The notes under the pieces are model-generated. The model was not told the origin of the DNA. It searched no databases and saw only the letters and a program-made list of their open reading frames with translations. A stretch of DNA of 40,589 nucleotides, taken from positions 1 through 40,589 of the forward strand of contig JAZDIV010000036.1 in the NCBI GenBank assembly GCA_043804695.1. The letters are read 5' to 3'. The translations under genes were made by a program, and so were the position numbers. Below, one piece after another: positions 15,486 to 22,912 of the stretch. The DNA is from PVC group bacterium. Its GTDB lineage: Bacteria; Auribacterota; Erginobacteria; Erginobacterales; Erginobacteraceae. Each line of letters opens with the position of its first letter. Within the stretch, counting starts at the first letter, position 1.

Positions 15486-16445
15486 TCAGGGGCCCGGCTC
15501 CAGGGGAGGCGATAACTTAATATAGTATTTCTCCGAACCGGTATATTCCTCCTTTATCATTCCTTCGTCCAGTAGATGGCCGAGATACTTGATGATCTCG
15601 TTGCGGTGGAGACCAAAAACGGCGGAGAGGTCGTCCGGCGTGGCCGGCCGCCGCTTCAGATAGGCCAGGACGGCCGCTTCCACGTCGTCGCTGACGGCCT
15701 CTTCGCGCCGGCCTTGGAAGCCGGCTACGACCTCGACCGGGATCGGTTCGACCCGTGATTGCAGGAACCGGCGCGCCTCTTCCAGCGCCTGTTCGTCCAA
15801 CGCCCCCACGCCGGCCTCGGCCGGGGGCCGGACCGCGGTGTTGAGCTGGACCTTTTCCGGATTGATCAACCTGATCCGCCGGGCCAGCGCCTCCAGTTCC
15901 TTCCCGGAGCTATTGAGATCCCTGAGCAGCATCACCTCCAGCCAGACCCTCCCCCGGAAGCCGGCGGTGAAGGCGGCGATTCCCCGGGTCAGGCCGTCCA
16001 GGGAGATCCCCCGGTGGGGCCGGTTGACCCGCTCGAAAGTCCCCTCGATGCCGGCGTCGAGGCTGGGGACGACCAGGTCGGCGAAGGCCAGCGCTTCCCT
16101 GACCTCCGGATGGGCGAGGAGCGTCCCGTTGGTGAGGACGGCGACCGGGATCGAGGTCAGCTTCTTGATCCCGGGGATCAGCGCCCCGATCTCCCGGTTG
16201 AGGGTCGGCTCGCCGGAGCCGGAAAGGGTGATCCAGTCGATCCGGCCGCCTTCCTTGAGCACCTCTTTCAGCTCGGAGAGAATCTCTTTGACCGGTTCGT
16301 ATTCTTTTCGCTCCAGGGTCGTTTCCGGGGTGGGGCCGAGCTGGCAGTAAACACAGTCGAGGCTGCAGGTCTTGTAGGGGACCAGGTCAACACCGAGAGA
16401 GAAGCCCAGTCTCCGGGACGGGACCGGGCCGAAGATTCTTTTCAT
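15486..16445 (-). CDS. Radical SAM protein (COG0731-like Fe-S oxidoreductase) with a C-terminal winged-helix-like segment
   Basis: FGPVPSRRLGFSLGVDL, CSLDCVYC (CxxxCxxC), SGSGEPTL, TNGTLL, SLDAG. Overlaps the upstream gene by ATGA. Confidence 0.88.
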   Translation of the reverse strand: MKRIFGPVPSRRLGFSLGVDLVPYKTCSLDCVYCQLGPTPETTLERKEYEPVKEILSELKEVLKEGGRIDWITLSGSGEPTLNREIGALIPGIKKLTSIPVAVLTNGTLLAHPEVREALAFADLVVPSLDAGIEGTFERVNRPHRGISLDGLTRGIAAFTAGFRGRVWLEVMLLRDLNSSGKELEALARRIRLINPEKVQLNTAVRPPAEAGVGALDEQALEEARRFLQSRVEPIPVEVVAGFQGRREEAVSDDVEAAVLAYLKRRPATPDDLSAVFGLHRNEIIKYLGHLLDEGMIKEEYTGSEKYYIKLSPPLEPGP

Positions 16446-16741
16446 ATCTTCTGCCAGACCGCGCTGAGCTTGCCGGCCATGGTCAGGGGCTGGTCGGACC
16501 GGTCATCGATCTTGATGGAGGTGACCACACGCTTTACCTCGGGGCCGAAGGTTTCCCGGTGCATCTTCTTGGCCAGTTCGATGATCAGGTCCAGATCGCC
16601 TTCGATAACGGTTCCCATCGGGTTCAGCTCGTACTTGACCCCGTGAGCACCCTTGAGAAGCCGCAGGGCGCCGGCCACGAAGTGACTGAGCGAAGGGCTC
16701 TTCGTCCCCACCGGGATAACACTGACTTCTATCATAGCCAC
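16442..16741 (-). CDS. MTH1187/YkoF-like thiamine-binding family protein
   Basis: EVSVIPVGT..SLSHFVA, YELNPMGTVIEG, RVVTSIKIDDR. GTG start with SD AAGGAG. Confidence 0.88.
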   Translation of the reverse strand: MAMIEVSVIPVGTKSPSLSHFVAGALRLLKGAHGVKYELNPMGTVIEGDLDLIIELAKKMHRETFGPEVKRVVTSIKIDDRSDQPLTMAGKLSAVWQKI

Positions 16742-16824
16742 GATTGTCTTCTCCTTTTAACAAATATATAGATCCTGTTAATAACGAAAACCTACTATTA
16801 GTCAGTCCATAATTGTATGGACAT

Positions 16825-16903
16825 GTCATTGCGAGGAGCGAAGCGGCGAAGCAATCTCAACTCTATGCACAGCAAGAGATTGCTTCGCTGCGCTCGCAAT
16901 GAC
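16825..16903. repeat. RPE-like palindromic element GTCATTGCGAG...GAAGCAATC / GATTGCTTCG...CTCGCAATGAC
   Basis: Terminal inverted repeats. A second copy lies at 40456-40559. Confidence 0.85.
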
Positions 16904-16960
16904 CGCGATCCTTGATGTAAATCCTACAACGGTCGGATTAATAATTCATCTCAGAGGTTT

Positions 16961-17195
16961 CAAAATTACAAATAACAAATCACAAATAACAAACAAATTC
17001 AAATAACCAAAACCAAAAATCCCAAACAATTTACCAAAACAAAGAGGATTACTCTCAACCCCATTGTAGAGCCTATACCGTTTGGATGGGCGCCTTCACA
17101 AGCCCCGGCTCCGCCCGGGGAGTTTGTGATTTTCAGCCGGAGGCTGTTCAGCCTTTGGCTGAGGAATTTGTGATTTGTTTATTATTTGGAATTTA
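16961..17195. repeat. Inverted heptamer (AAAT(A/C)AC-type) arm element with nested palindromes
   Basis: Left arm 16961-17027. The complementary right arm 17122-17195 is interrupted by TCAGCCGGAGGCTGTTCAGCCTTTGGCTGA (17133-17162). Homologous to 25741-25955. Confidence 0.75.
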
Positions 17196-17197
17196 TC

Positions 17198-17515
17198 TTA
17201 AAGATGAGGCTTAATCTTCTCCCCCAGGGGCGCCCGGGGCTGGACACCGATCATCCGCTCAACCGCCTCCCCCCCCTTGAAGATTATCAGGGTGGGGATG
17301 GCCCGGATGCTGAAACGCCCGGCGGTGCCCGGGGGCTCATCGACATTTACTTTTCAGACCTTGAGCCTGCCCGCTTACTCGCCGGCCCGCGCTGCCACGA
17401 TCGGCGCCACCATGTTGCAGGGGCCGCACCAGGGAGCCCAGAAGTCGACCGGGACGGGGAGTTGCGACTGTATCACCTCCTGATCAAAGCCGGCATCATT
17501 AACCGCAATCTCCAT
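17198..17515 (-). pseudogene. trxA: Thioredoxin pseudogene with two in-frame stops
   Basis: [58 protein letters not shown]...IRAIPTLIIFKGG...KPHL*. WCGPC is intact; TAA at 17375-17377 and TGA at 17354-17356. SD GGAGGAAGG. Confidence 0.9.
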
Positions 17516-17638
17516 ATCCTTCCTCCCTTATAAAGTAGCGCCTTCGGCGCTACTTTAGCCAACATTTACCCCATGGAACATAATTTATCTGTCGGTTTCA
17601 GTTATTCAATTCTTATTTTTCCTTTGGAAAAATAAGAT

Positions 17639-17869
17639 TTAAAACGGGCACATCCCGGTGGAACAGGCTGACGGTCCGGCCGGACAGGTGGGACAGGCGG
17701 CCGGGGCACTCCGGCTGCCGCCTTTCCCGACACTGAAAGCGGCATGGGTCTTCTTAATCCGGGTGCTGCCGCACTCGGGGCATTTCCGCTCCGTTTTCTC
17801 GGCGGTCATGCCCTCCAGCAGATCGAAGGTGTGATCACATTTTTCACATCGGTAACTAAAGATCGGCAT
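17639..17869 (-). CDS. FmdB-family zinc-ribbon protein (76 aa)
   Basis: MPIFSYRCEKCDHTF...CPECGS with a Cys-rich C-terminus. SD GGAGGG. The longer track ORF only reads through a 9-mer repeat. Confidence 0.85.
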   Translation of the reverse strand: MPIFSYRCEKCDHTFDLLEGMTAEKTERKCPECGSTRIKKTHAAFSVGKGGSRSAPAACPTCPAGPSACSTGMCPF

Positions 17870-17892
17870 AGTTACTTCCCTCCGGGAAGTCT

Positions 17893-17991
17893 GTTCAAGC
17901 AGTTCAAACAGTTCGAACGGTTCAAACGACTCGAATAGCTCTAATGGGTTAAACAGCTCAAACGGATCCAACGGCTAAAACGGTTCGAACG
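17893..17991. repeat. Tandem degenerate 9-mers (GTTCAAACG-like, about 11 copies)
   Basis: gttcaagca gttcaaaca gttcgaacg gttcaaacg actcgaata ... gttcgaacg, immediately after the trxB stop. Confidence 0.85.
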
Positions 17992-17992
17992 G

Positions 17993-18919
17993 CTAATAGT
18001 CCACCAGGAGGTCGCGGACGCTCAGGGCAGCCACCGTTCCCTCACCGCAGGCGGCGGAGATCTGGCGCACGTTCCCGGCCCGGACGTCCCCGGCGGCAAA
18101 GATCCCCGGCACCGACGTGCGCATCGCCGGATCGGTCACGATGAAACCCTTCCCATCCATCTCCACCACATTCTTCAGGAAACCTGAATTCGGCTCCACC
18201 CCCACAAAGATAAAGACCCCGTCAACCGCGATCTCCTTCTCCTTTCCCTCCTCTTTATTCTTAACGGTGATGGACTCCACCCCCCTCTCGCCGTTAATCG
18301 AAACCGGAACTGAATTGAGAACAAAGGATACCTTCCCGGTCTTCTCCAGCTCCTCGACCACGAACTTTTCCCCCCGGAACCTGTCCCGGCGATGAACCAG
18401 GTGAACCCGGGAAGCAAACCGGGTCAGGAAGAGCGACTCTTCCAGGGCGGCGTTCCCCCCGCCGATAACCGCCACCTCCTTATCCCGGTAGAACGGTCCG
18501 TCGCAGGTCGCGCAGTAGGATACCCCTTTCCCCAGCAGCTCTCTCTCTCCGGGAACACCGAGTTCCCTCATCCGGCTGCCCGGGGCGACGATCAGGCTCC
18601 TGGCCTGATATGACCCCTTCCCGGTTTCAGCCGTTACGGTCTCCCTGGAAGGGACAACGGCGGTTACCTCCTCGAACTCCCTGATCTCCACGCCGAACTT
18701 CACGGCCTGGGCCTTGAACTTCGCGCTCAGTTCCATCCCGTTGATCCCCTCCGGGAAACCGGGGAAATTTTCGATGACGCCGGTGACATTAGGCCAGCCG
18801 CCGCAGAGCATTTTTTCCAGTACCAGAGTCCGGAGCCGCTCCCGGGCGGTGTAGATCGAGGCCGTCAAGCCGGCGGGCCCCCCCCCGATAATAATCACGT
18901 CATAGATACCGGTATTCAT
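17993..18919 (-). CDS. trxB: Thioredoxin-disulfide reductase
   Basis: GGGPAGLTA, IENFPGF, GVSYCATCDG, GGGNAALEE, HRRD, GIFAAGDVR. Confidence 0.95.
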   Translation of the reverse strand: MNTGIYDVIIIGGGPAGLTASIYTARERLRTLVLEKMLCGGWPNVTGVIENFPGFPEGINGMELSAKFKAQAVKFGVEIREFEEVTAVVPSRETVTAETGKGSYQARSLIVAPGSRMRELGVPGERELLGKGVSYCATCDGPFYRDKEVAVIGGGNAALEESLFLTRFASRVHLVHRRDRFRGEKFVVEELEKTGKVSFVLNSVPVSINGERGVESITVKNKEEGKEKEIAVDGVFIFVGVEPNSGFLKNVVEMDGKGFIVTDPAMRTSVPGIFAAGDVRAGNVRQISAACGEGTVAALSVRDLLVDY

Positions 18920-19048
18920 CTATCCCTGATTATTCATGAAAGTTTTTTTTAATCCCCCGCGGAGATATCTTACCACGAAGAAGACGAAGAGCACGAAGAA
19001 TACTTATCGGCGGGTCATGAACGAACAGGATGTGTCAAATTCATTGGA

Positions 19049-19714
19049 TCAGGGCTGATCGACGAACCAGACCGTATTTTCAGGCGGGAGGAGGCTGACC
19101 GGGAGTGACGGATCCGGCCCCGCCGCCGCCCGGCGGCGGACCGCCCCCTTTTTTTCCCCCGGCGCCAGAACAACCCGCAGCGCGGCCCTGCCAATCACCG
19201 GCAGAGAAAGGGTAAGACGGCGAGGCGGCGGCTTGGGGCTGTCATAAACAGCCACCACCGGTCCCTCTCTCTCCAGGGCCGGGTGATCCGGGAAGAGACT
19301 GGCGATATGACCGTCCTCCCCGACGCCGAGGAGGCAGGCATCCAGCGGCCGCCCCCCGGTTGCCCGCTGGAGAGTTCCCGCGTAATCCGCGGCCGCCCGT
19401 TCCAGGTCGCCGTCTCCGGCGGGCATCGGGCGGATATATGCCGGGAGCGGGCCGCCCTCTTCCCAGGCGGCCAGGGCGGCGGCATCGTTTCTATCCCGAT
19501 GACCGGGCGGAACCGCTCTCTCATCAACCCAGAAGAGGTACAGGTGCCGGCGCACCGCTTCCGGCAGCAGCCCCGCCAGGACGCCGAGAACCGGACCCGG
19601 CGAACGGCCGCCGGGGATGGCCAGGGCGGCACGCCCACGGCCGGCAACGGCCTCCCGGAGCCTTCCCAGGAGAACCTCCGCCACCCGGTGCAGATTATAT
19701 GGCAGAACATTCAA
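19049..19714 (-). CDS. pgl: 6-phosphogluconolactonase
   Basis: PGGRSP, DERAVP, LLGVGEDGHIASLFP, SPKPPPRRLTLSLP. The start codon (TTG) is uncertain. Confidence 0.85.
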   Translation of the reverse strand: MNVLPYNLHRVAEVLLGRLREAVAGRGRAALAIPGGRSPGPVLGVLAGLLPEAVRRHLYLFWVDERAVPPGHRDRNDAAALAAWEEGGPLPAYIRPMPAGDGDLERAAADYAGTLQRATGGRPLDACLLGVGEDGHIASLFPDHPALEREGPVVAVYDSPKPPPRRLTLSLPVIGRAALRVVLAPGEKKGAVRRRAAAGPDPSLPVSLLPPENTVWFVDQP

Positions 19715-19754
19715 TTAATTTCCCTCGTCTTTTATTTGAACTTAGCGACTTCGC

Positions 19755-19823
19755 AATGTACGGGCGAATCTTGTATTCGCCCACCGGTGGCATGTGGGCG
19801 ATCACAAGGATCGCCCCTACATT
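19755..19823. repeat. REP doublet (REPIN-like), GTAG-family
   Basis: AATGTACGGGCGAATCTTGTATTCGCCCA ... TGGGCGATCACAAGGATCGCCCCTACATT: two inverted hairpin REPs. The right-hand one reads GTAGGGGCGATC on the minus strand. Confidence 0.8.
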
Positions 19824-19868
19824 CAGATTATTGAATGCATCGATACCCGTTCCGGCATTTTTCAAAAC

Positions 19869-19897
19869 TAACCCGATTTATGAATAAATCGGGTTAA
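19869..19897. repeat. Palindromic repeat TAACCCGATTTAT-GA-ATAAATCGGGTTAA
   Basis: Reverse-orientation copy of 15165. Its terminal TTA is the stop codon of 19894..20619. Confidence 0.85.
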
Positions 19898-20619
19898 TGC
19901 CCGAGGGCACAGAAACGGTTCAACCCCAGCACCCGGGCGGGGCCGGCAATGGTCGTCCCGTAGAAGACGACCGGCCGGTCGAGGTCCAGGAAAAGCTCGA
20001 TCGTCTGGTTGACGATGGTGGTGCCGGTCACCAGGAGCAGGTCCGCCCACTCGATGATCTCCCCCACATCCTCCGCCGGCTCAATGACGATCCCGGACCA
20101 GGTCCGGCCGATGTTTTCCGGGTCGAGATCGGTGGCCCGGACCCGGTATTCGCGGGCCAGGGCTTTCAGCAGCCGGGGCTGAAGGCCGACCAGGCCCACC
20201 CGCTTCAATTTCCCGAACGCGTCAGCCAGATACGTATTCAGGGCGGCCGCGCATTCTTCCGGCTCATGGTCCCGGCAGTGAACGGTTCCCTCGATCAGCC
20301 TCAGGGAGCGCATAACGGCATTCAGCGAGGCGATGAAGACCGCCCGCTGGAAATTATTGTCCAACGGCAGATCCGCTATCTCGGCCGGAGAACCGGCGTA
20401 GTTGCCGAAAAGATCGGTGTAGGCCTGTCCCTTCGCCTCCCGGAACCTTGCTTCCATCAGCCGTTCCTTCCCCTTCAAAAGGGGATAATCACCGTCAGAG
20501 GGAGTTCCGATCGCCTCCCCGGGGGTCAGCGGACGGGCCCGCACCCAGATCTCTTCCTCCTCCAGCCCGGACCTTCTGATCAGGTCTTGAAAATAGCTTG
20601 TTAACCGTTCGTAGATCAT
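19894..20619 (-). CDS. DUF364 / Rossmann-like (putative heavy-metal chelation) protein
   Basis: EAIGTP...YPLLKGKE..GQAYTD, RAVFIASLNAV, GTVHCRD.EPEEC, LVTGTTIVN.T, FYGTTIAG. Confidence 0.75.
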   Translation of the reverse strand: MIYERLTSYFQDLIRRSGLEEEEIWVRARPLTPGEAIGTPSDGDYPLLKGKERLMEARFREAKGQAYTDLFGNYAGSPAEIADLPLDNNFQRAVFIASLNAVMRSLRLIEGTVHCRDHEPEECAAALNTYLADAFGKLKRVGLVGLQPRLLKALAREYRVRATDLDPENIGRTWSGIVIEPAEDVGEIIEWADLLLVTGTTIVNQTIELFLDLDRPVVFYGTTIAGPARVLGLNRFCALGH

Positions 20620-20705
20620 ATAAATCAGCTCCCGCAGTCTACCCCGATAAAATCGGGGGCCGCAACTTTATATATTCACAACATGTCGCCATGATAAAAG
20701 TAATG

Positions 20706-20802
20706 GAGAACCGGCCCTCCGCGCACCGCGGCCGTCACCCGGACCGGATAGCCGGTCAGCATCTCCTCGATCAGCAGCCGGTCGAAGACTAAGACTTTCG
20801 CC
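20706..20802 (-). pseudogene. Fragment resembling an ARMT1/DUF89 damage-control phosphatase
   Basis: GE, then a frameshift at a duplicated AGTCTT, then VFDRLLIEEMLTGYPVRVTAAVRGGPVL. This resembles the family segment NAGEIVFD.LLIE...VRGGP. Confidence 0.55.
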
Positions 20803-20805
20803 GGG

Positions 20806-20865
20806 GAGGAACTTATGAAGTACTCGTGCCGGCAGTTCGATCCGGACGTGGTCGACGTCTTTTTG
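20806..20865 (+). pseudogene. Fragment resembling the C-terminus of an HD-GYP domain
   Basis: EELMKYSCRQFDPDVVDVFL matches the EL...G.QFDP.VV..F end of HD-GYP domains. No upstream part of the domain is in frame. Confidence 0.5.
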
Positions 20866-20876
20866 CGGACGACGGG

Positions 20877-21383
20877 CTATTCGGCAGGCGAAGCGCCAGA
20901 GGGCGATCCGGAGCGGGCCTCGCCCATCCCCCGGGAACGGTCCGGGGAGAGATCATAGACCCGCTCCACCGCCACCCTGACCAGCGCCTTGAGAGAGGGA
21001 AGCTGGAATTCGGACCGCCCGTGGGAAAACCCCTTCCTCACGTTCTTGCTGATGCGCCGGCCGAGCAGCCAGCTTTTTTTAGCCTGCCAGTCAGCCTCCG
21101 CCTCTTCGAACAGCGGGCCCGATTCGATGAGTTCCGCGACCCCGGTGAACTGGAAGCCGGTAAATTCCTCGATGCTGAAGACCATCACAGACACCCGAGG
21201 ATCCCGCTTCAGGTTGCGGAAGGTCTTCCCCCGGTAGAGATCGCTGAAATGGATATATCCCTCCGGATCAACTTTAAGAAGTCCTTTCAGGGAGAGGTTG
21301 GGAGAGTTGTCCGGATTGACCGTCCCCACAATTACCACGTTCTGCCGGGTCAAGAGCCGTTCCATGTCTTTATCAATCTTCAT
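20877..21383 (-). CDS. Pyridoxamine 5'-phosphate oxidase-like (split-barrel FMN-binding) protein
   Basis: VGTVNPDNSPNLSLKG, DLYRGKTFRNLKRDPRVSV, GFQFTGVAE. Confidence 0.85.
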   Translation of the reverse strand: MKIDKDMERLLTRQNVVIVGTVNPDNSPNLSLKGLLKVDPEGYIHFSDLYRGKTFRNLKRDPRVSVMVFSIEEFTGFQFTGVAELIESGPLFEEAEADWQAKKSWLLGRRISKNVRKGFSHGRSEFQLPSLKALVRVAVERVYDLSPDRSRGMGEARSGSPSGASPAE

Positions 21384-21545
21384 TATAAATTAACTCCCTT
21401 CGGTCGTTAATTTATGTTTTGAACCAGGGCCATAATGATTCGACTGAGGCAATATAATATTACTTAACTTCGCAACTTTGCCGCTAAGACACCAAGACAC
21501 AAAAAAACCAAATAAGGTGAATATTTTTCTCTTTTTTCTCTTTTC

Positions 21546-22268
21546 TTAGTGTCTTTGTGTCTTGGAGGTGAATACCCGCCCGGCCTGATAAGCATCGCTC
21601 AACGCGGTGGGATGGCGAAGGATATCCCCCTTCCGGCTGATCTTCCGGAAGAGCAGGCTCCCGGTCAGGCGGACGTTGAGCGGTTCCAGAAAATACTTGA
21701 TGGTCAGAAGGGATCCGGCGAAAAGTTCCCTGCCGCCGGTCGCCCCCAGGAGCAAGGCGAATGCCTCTTTGGGAGGTTGCCCATGGTCTGAAAGTTTCTC
21801 CGAAACATGGTCTGCCGAATTGCTATTCCGGAGTCTCAATAAATTATCTGTGGGAGGGGTTTCCAACCCCGATTCAGGAAGCTTGGAATCGGGCTTAGAA
21901 AGCCCTTCCACAGAACTTAGCGCCGCTGGCGCTGAGTTGAGGATATACTTCCGGGCCCAGAGGGCCTGGCAGCGGTCGATCAGCGCCTTGAACTGGGCCG
22001 GCAGGCCATAGAAATAAATGGGGGCGGAGATAACGATCTTTCCGGCCGCGAGCAGTTTCGGGTAAACTGTCTGCATACCGTCATCGATATTACACTCTCC
22101 CGTCCTCTCACAGGCCAGGCATTCCGTACAGGGGGAGATGCCGGGGTCGCACACGGAGATCTTTTCATATGCCGTCCCATCTTCCCCTGCCCCGCCCAGG
22201 AAAGCGTCAAGCAACAGGTCAGAGTTCCCCCCCTTTCTTGGACTACCCATTATTGCTACTATATCCAT
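21546..22268 (-). CDS. Iron-sulfur flavoprotein / NADPH-FMN reductase family, with an internal insertion of about 55 aa
   Basis: GSPRKGGNS, CTECLAC..TGEC (Cx2Cx2Cx5C), APIYFYG..AQFKALIDR. The insertion lies between ARKYILN and KEAFALL. Confidence 0.85.
   Translation of the reverse strand: MDIVAIMGSPRKGGNSDLLLDAFLGGAGEDGTAYEKISVCDPGISPCTECLACERTGECNIDDGMQTVYPKLLAAGKIVISAPIYFYGLPAQFKALIDRCQALWARKYILNSAPAALSSVEGLSKPDSKLPESGLETPPTDNLLRLRNSNSADHVSEKLSDHGQPPKEAFALLLGATGGRELFAGSLLTIKYFLEPLNVRLTGSLLFRKISRKGDILRHPTALSDAYQAGRVFTSKTQRH
21848..21913. repeat. REP doublet inside the flavoprotein coding sequence
   Basis: CTGTGGGAGGGGTTTCCAACCCCGATTC ... GAATCGGGCTTAGAAAGCCCTTCCACAG: an inverted pair of related hairpins, 66 nt. 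Confidence 0.8.
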
Positions 22269-22455
22269 AATCAGAGGTATCTTATTCCCCCCTTCATTGA
22301 AATAACCCCGATTAAAACCACCAAGGTCACGAAGTACACGCTTGCGCGCCGAAGCGCTTCAGCGCGCAGGCTTGAAGAAAAATTAATAAAATCAATACGA
22401 TTTCGCTCTTTTTTAATTCTTCAGGTCCTTCATGTTCTTCATGATGAATATTCCC

Positions 22456-22854
22456 TTATTCAACGAGCTCCAGGGCCCCGACCGGGCAGGTCTCGACACA
22501 GACCCCGCACTGCAGGCAGATCACGGCCCCGATCCGGGGATGGAACTTGATCCCTTCGTACGGGCAGACCGTGACGCAGATGCCGCAGGCGGTACACTTC
22601 TTACTGTCGATCCGCACCGACCCGTTCTTTTCGGAGATGGCGCCTTCCGGGCAGGCTTTCAGACAGGGCCGCTCCCGGCACTGGACGCAGACGGCCATCC
22701 GGGTCTTGGTGTCGGAGATCCGGTCGATCTCCAGACGGGCTTTTTTGGGGTTATTCACCTTAAAGAAGGTGAAGGCGCAGATCATCTGGCAGCTCCGGCA
22801 GCCGGAACAGAGATCGCTCTTGTGGATCAGGTGTTTCATAATGTAGTGCTCCAT
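22456..22854 (-). CDS. Four-[4Fe-4S] ferredoxin subunit (AorA/DmsB-like)
   Basis: CSGCRSCQMIC, CVQC..RPC..ACP, CTACGICVTVCP, CLQCGVCVETCP. The start may be the ATG at 22839. Confidence 0.9.
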   Translation of the reverse strand: MEHYIMKHLIHKSDLCSGCRSCQMICAFTFFKVNNPKKARLEIDRISDTKTRMAVCVQCRERPCLKACPEGAISEKNGSVRIDSKKCTACGICVTVCPYEGIKFHPRIGAVICLQCGVCVETCPVGALELVE

Positions 22855-22912
22855 GATAATTATAGGAGTCAGAAGAAAGAGAATCGGGAAAGCCTTGTGT
22901 TCATTCTGACTC

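Noticed and set aside
17354..17356. TGA in thioredoxin read as selenocysteine or recoding
   Set aside because: It is not at the CxxC site, an in-frame TAA precedes it, and TGA and TAA are normal stops elsewhere in the window.
17870..17971. N-terminal extension of the FmdB protein (FELFEPFEL...)
   Set aside because: It is the translation of a 9-mer DNA repeat. The SD and family start are at 17869.
17893..17991. CRISPR array (also considered for the other repeat arrays)
   Set aside because: The units are 7-10 nt, contiguous and degenerate, with no unique spacers and no cas genes.
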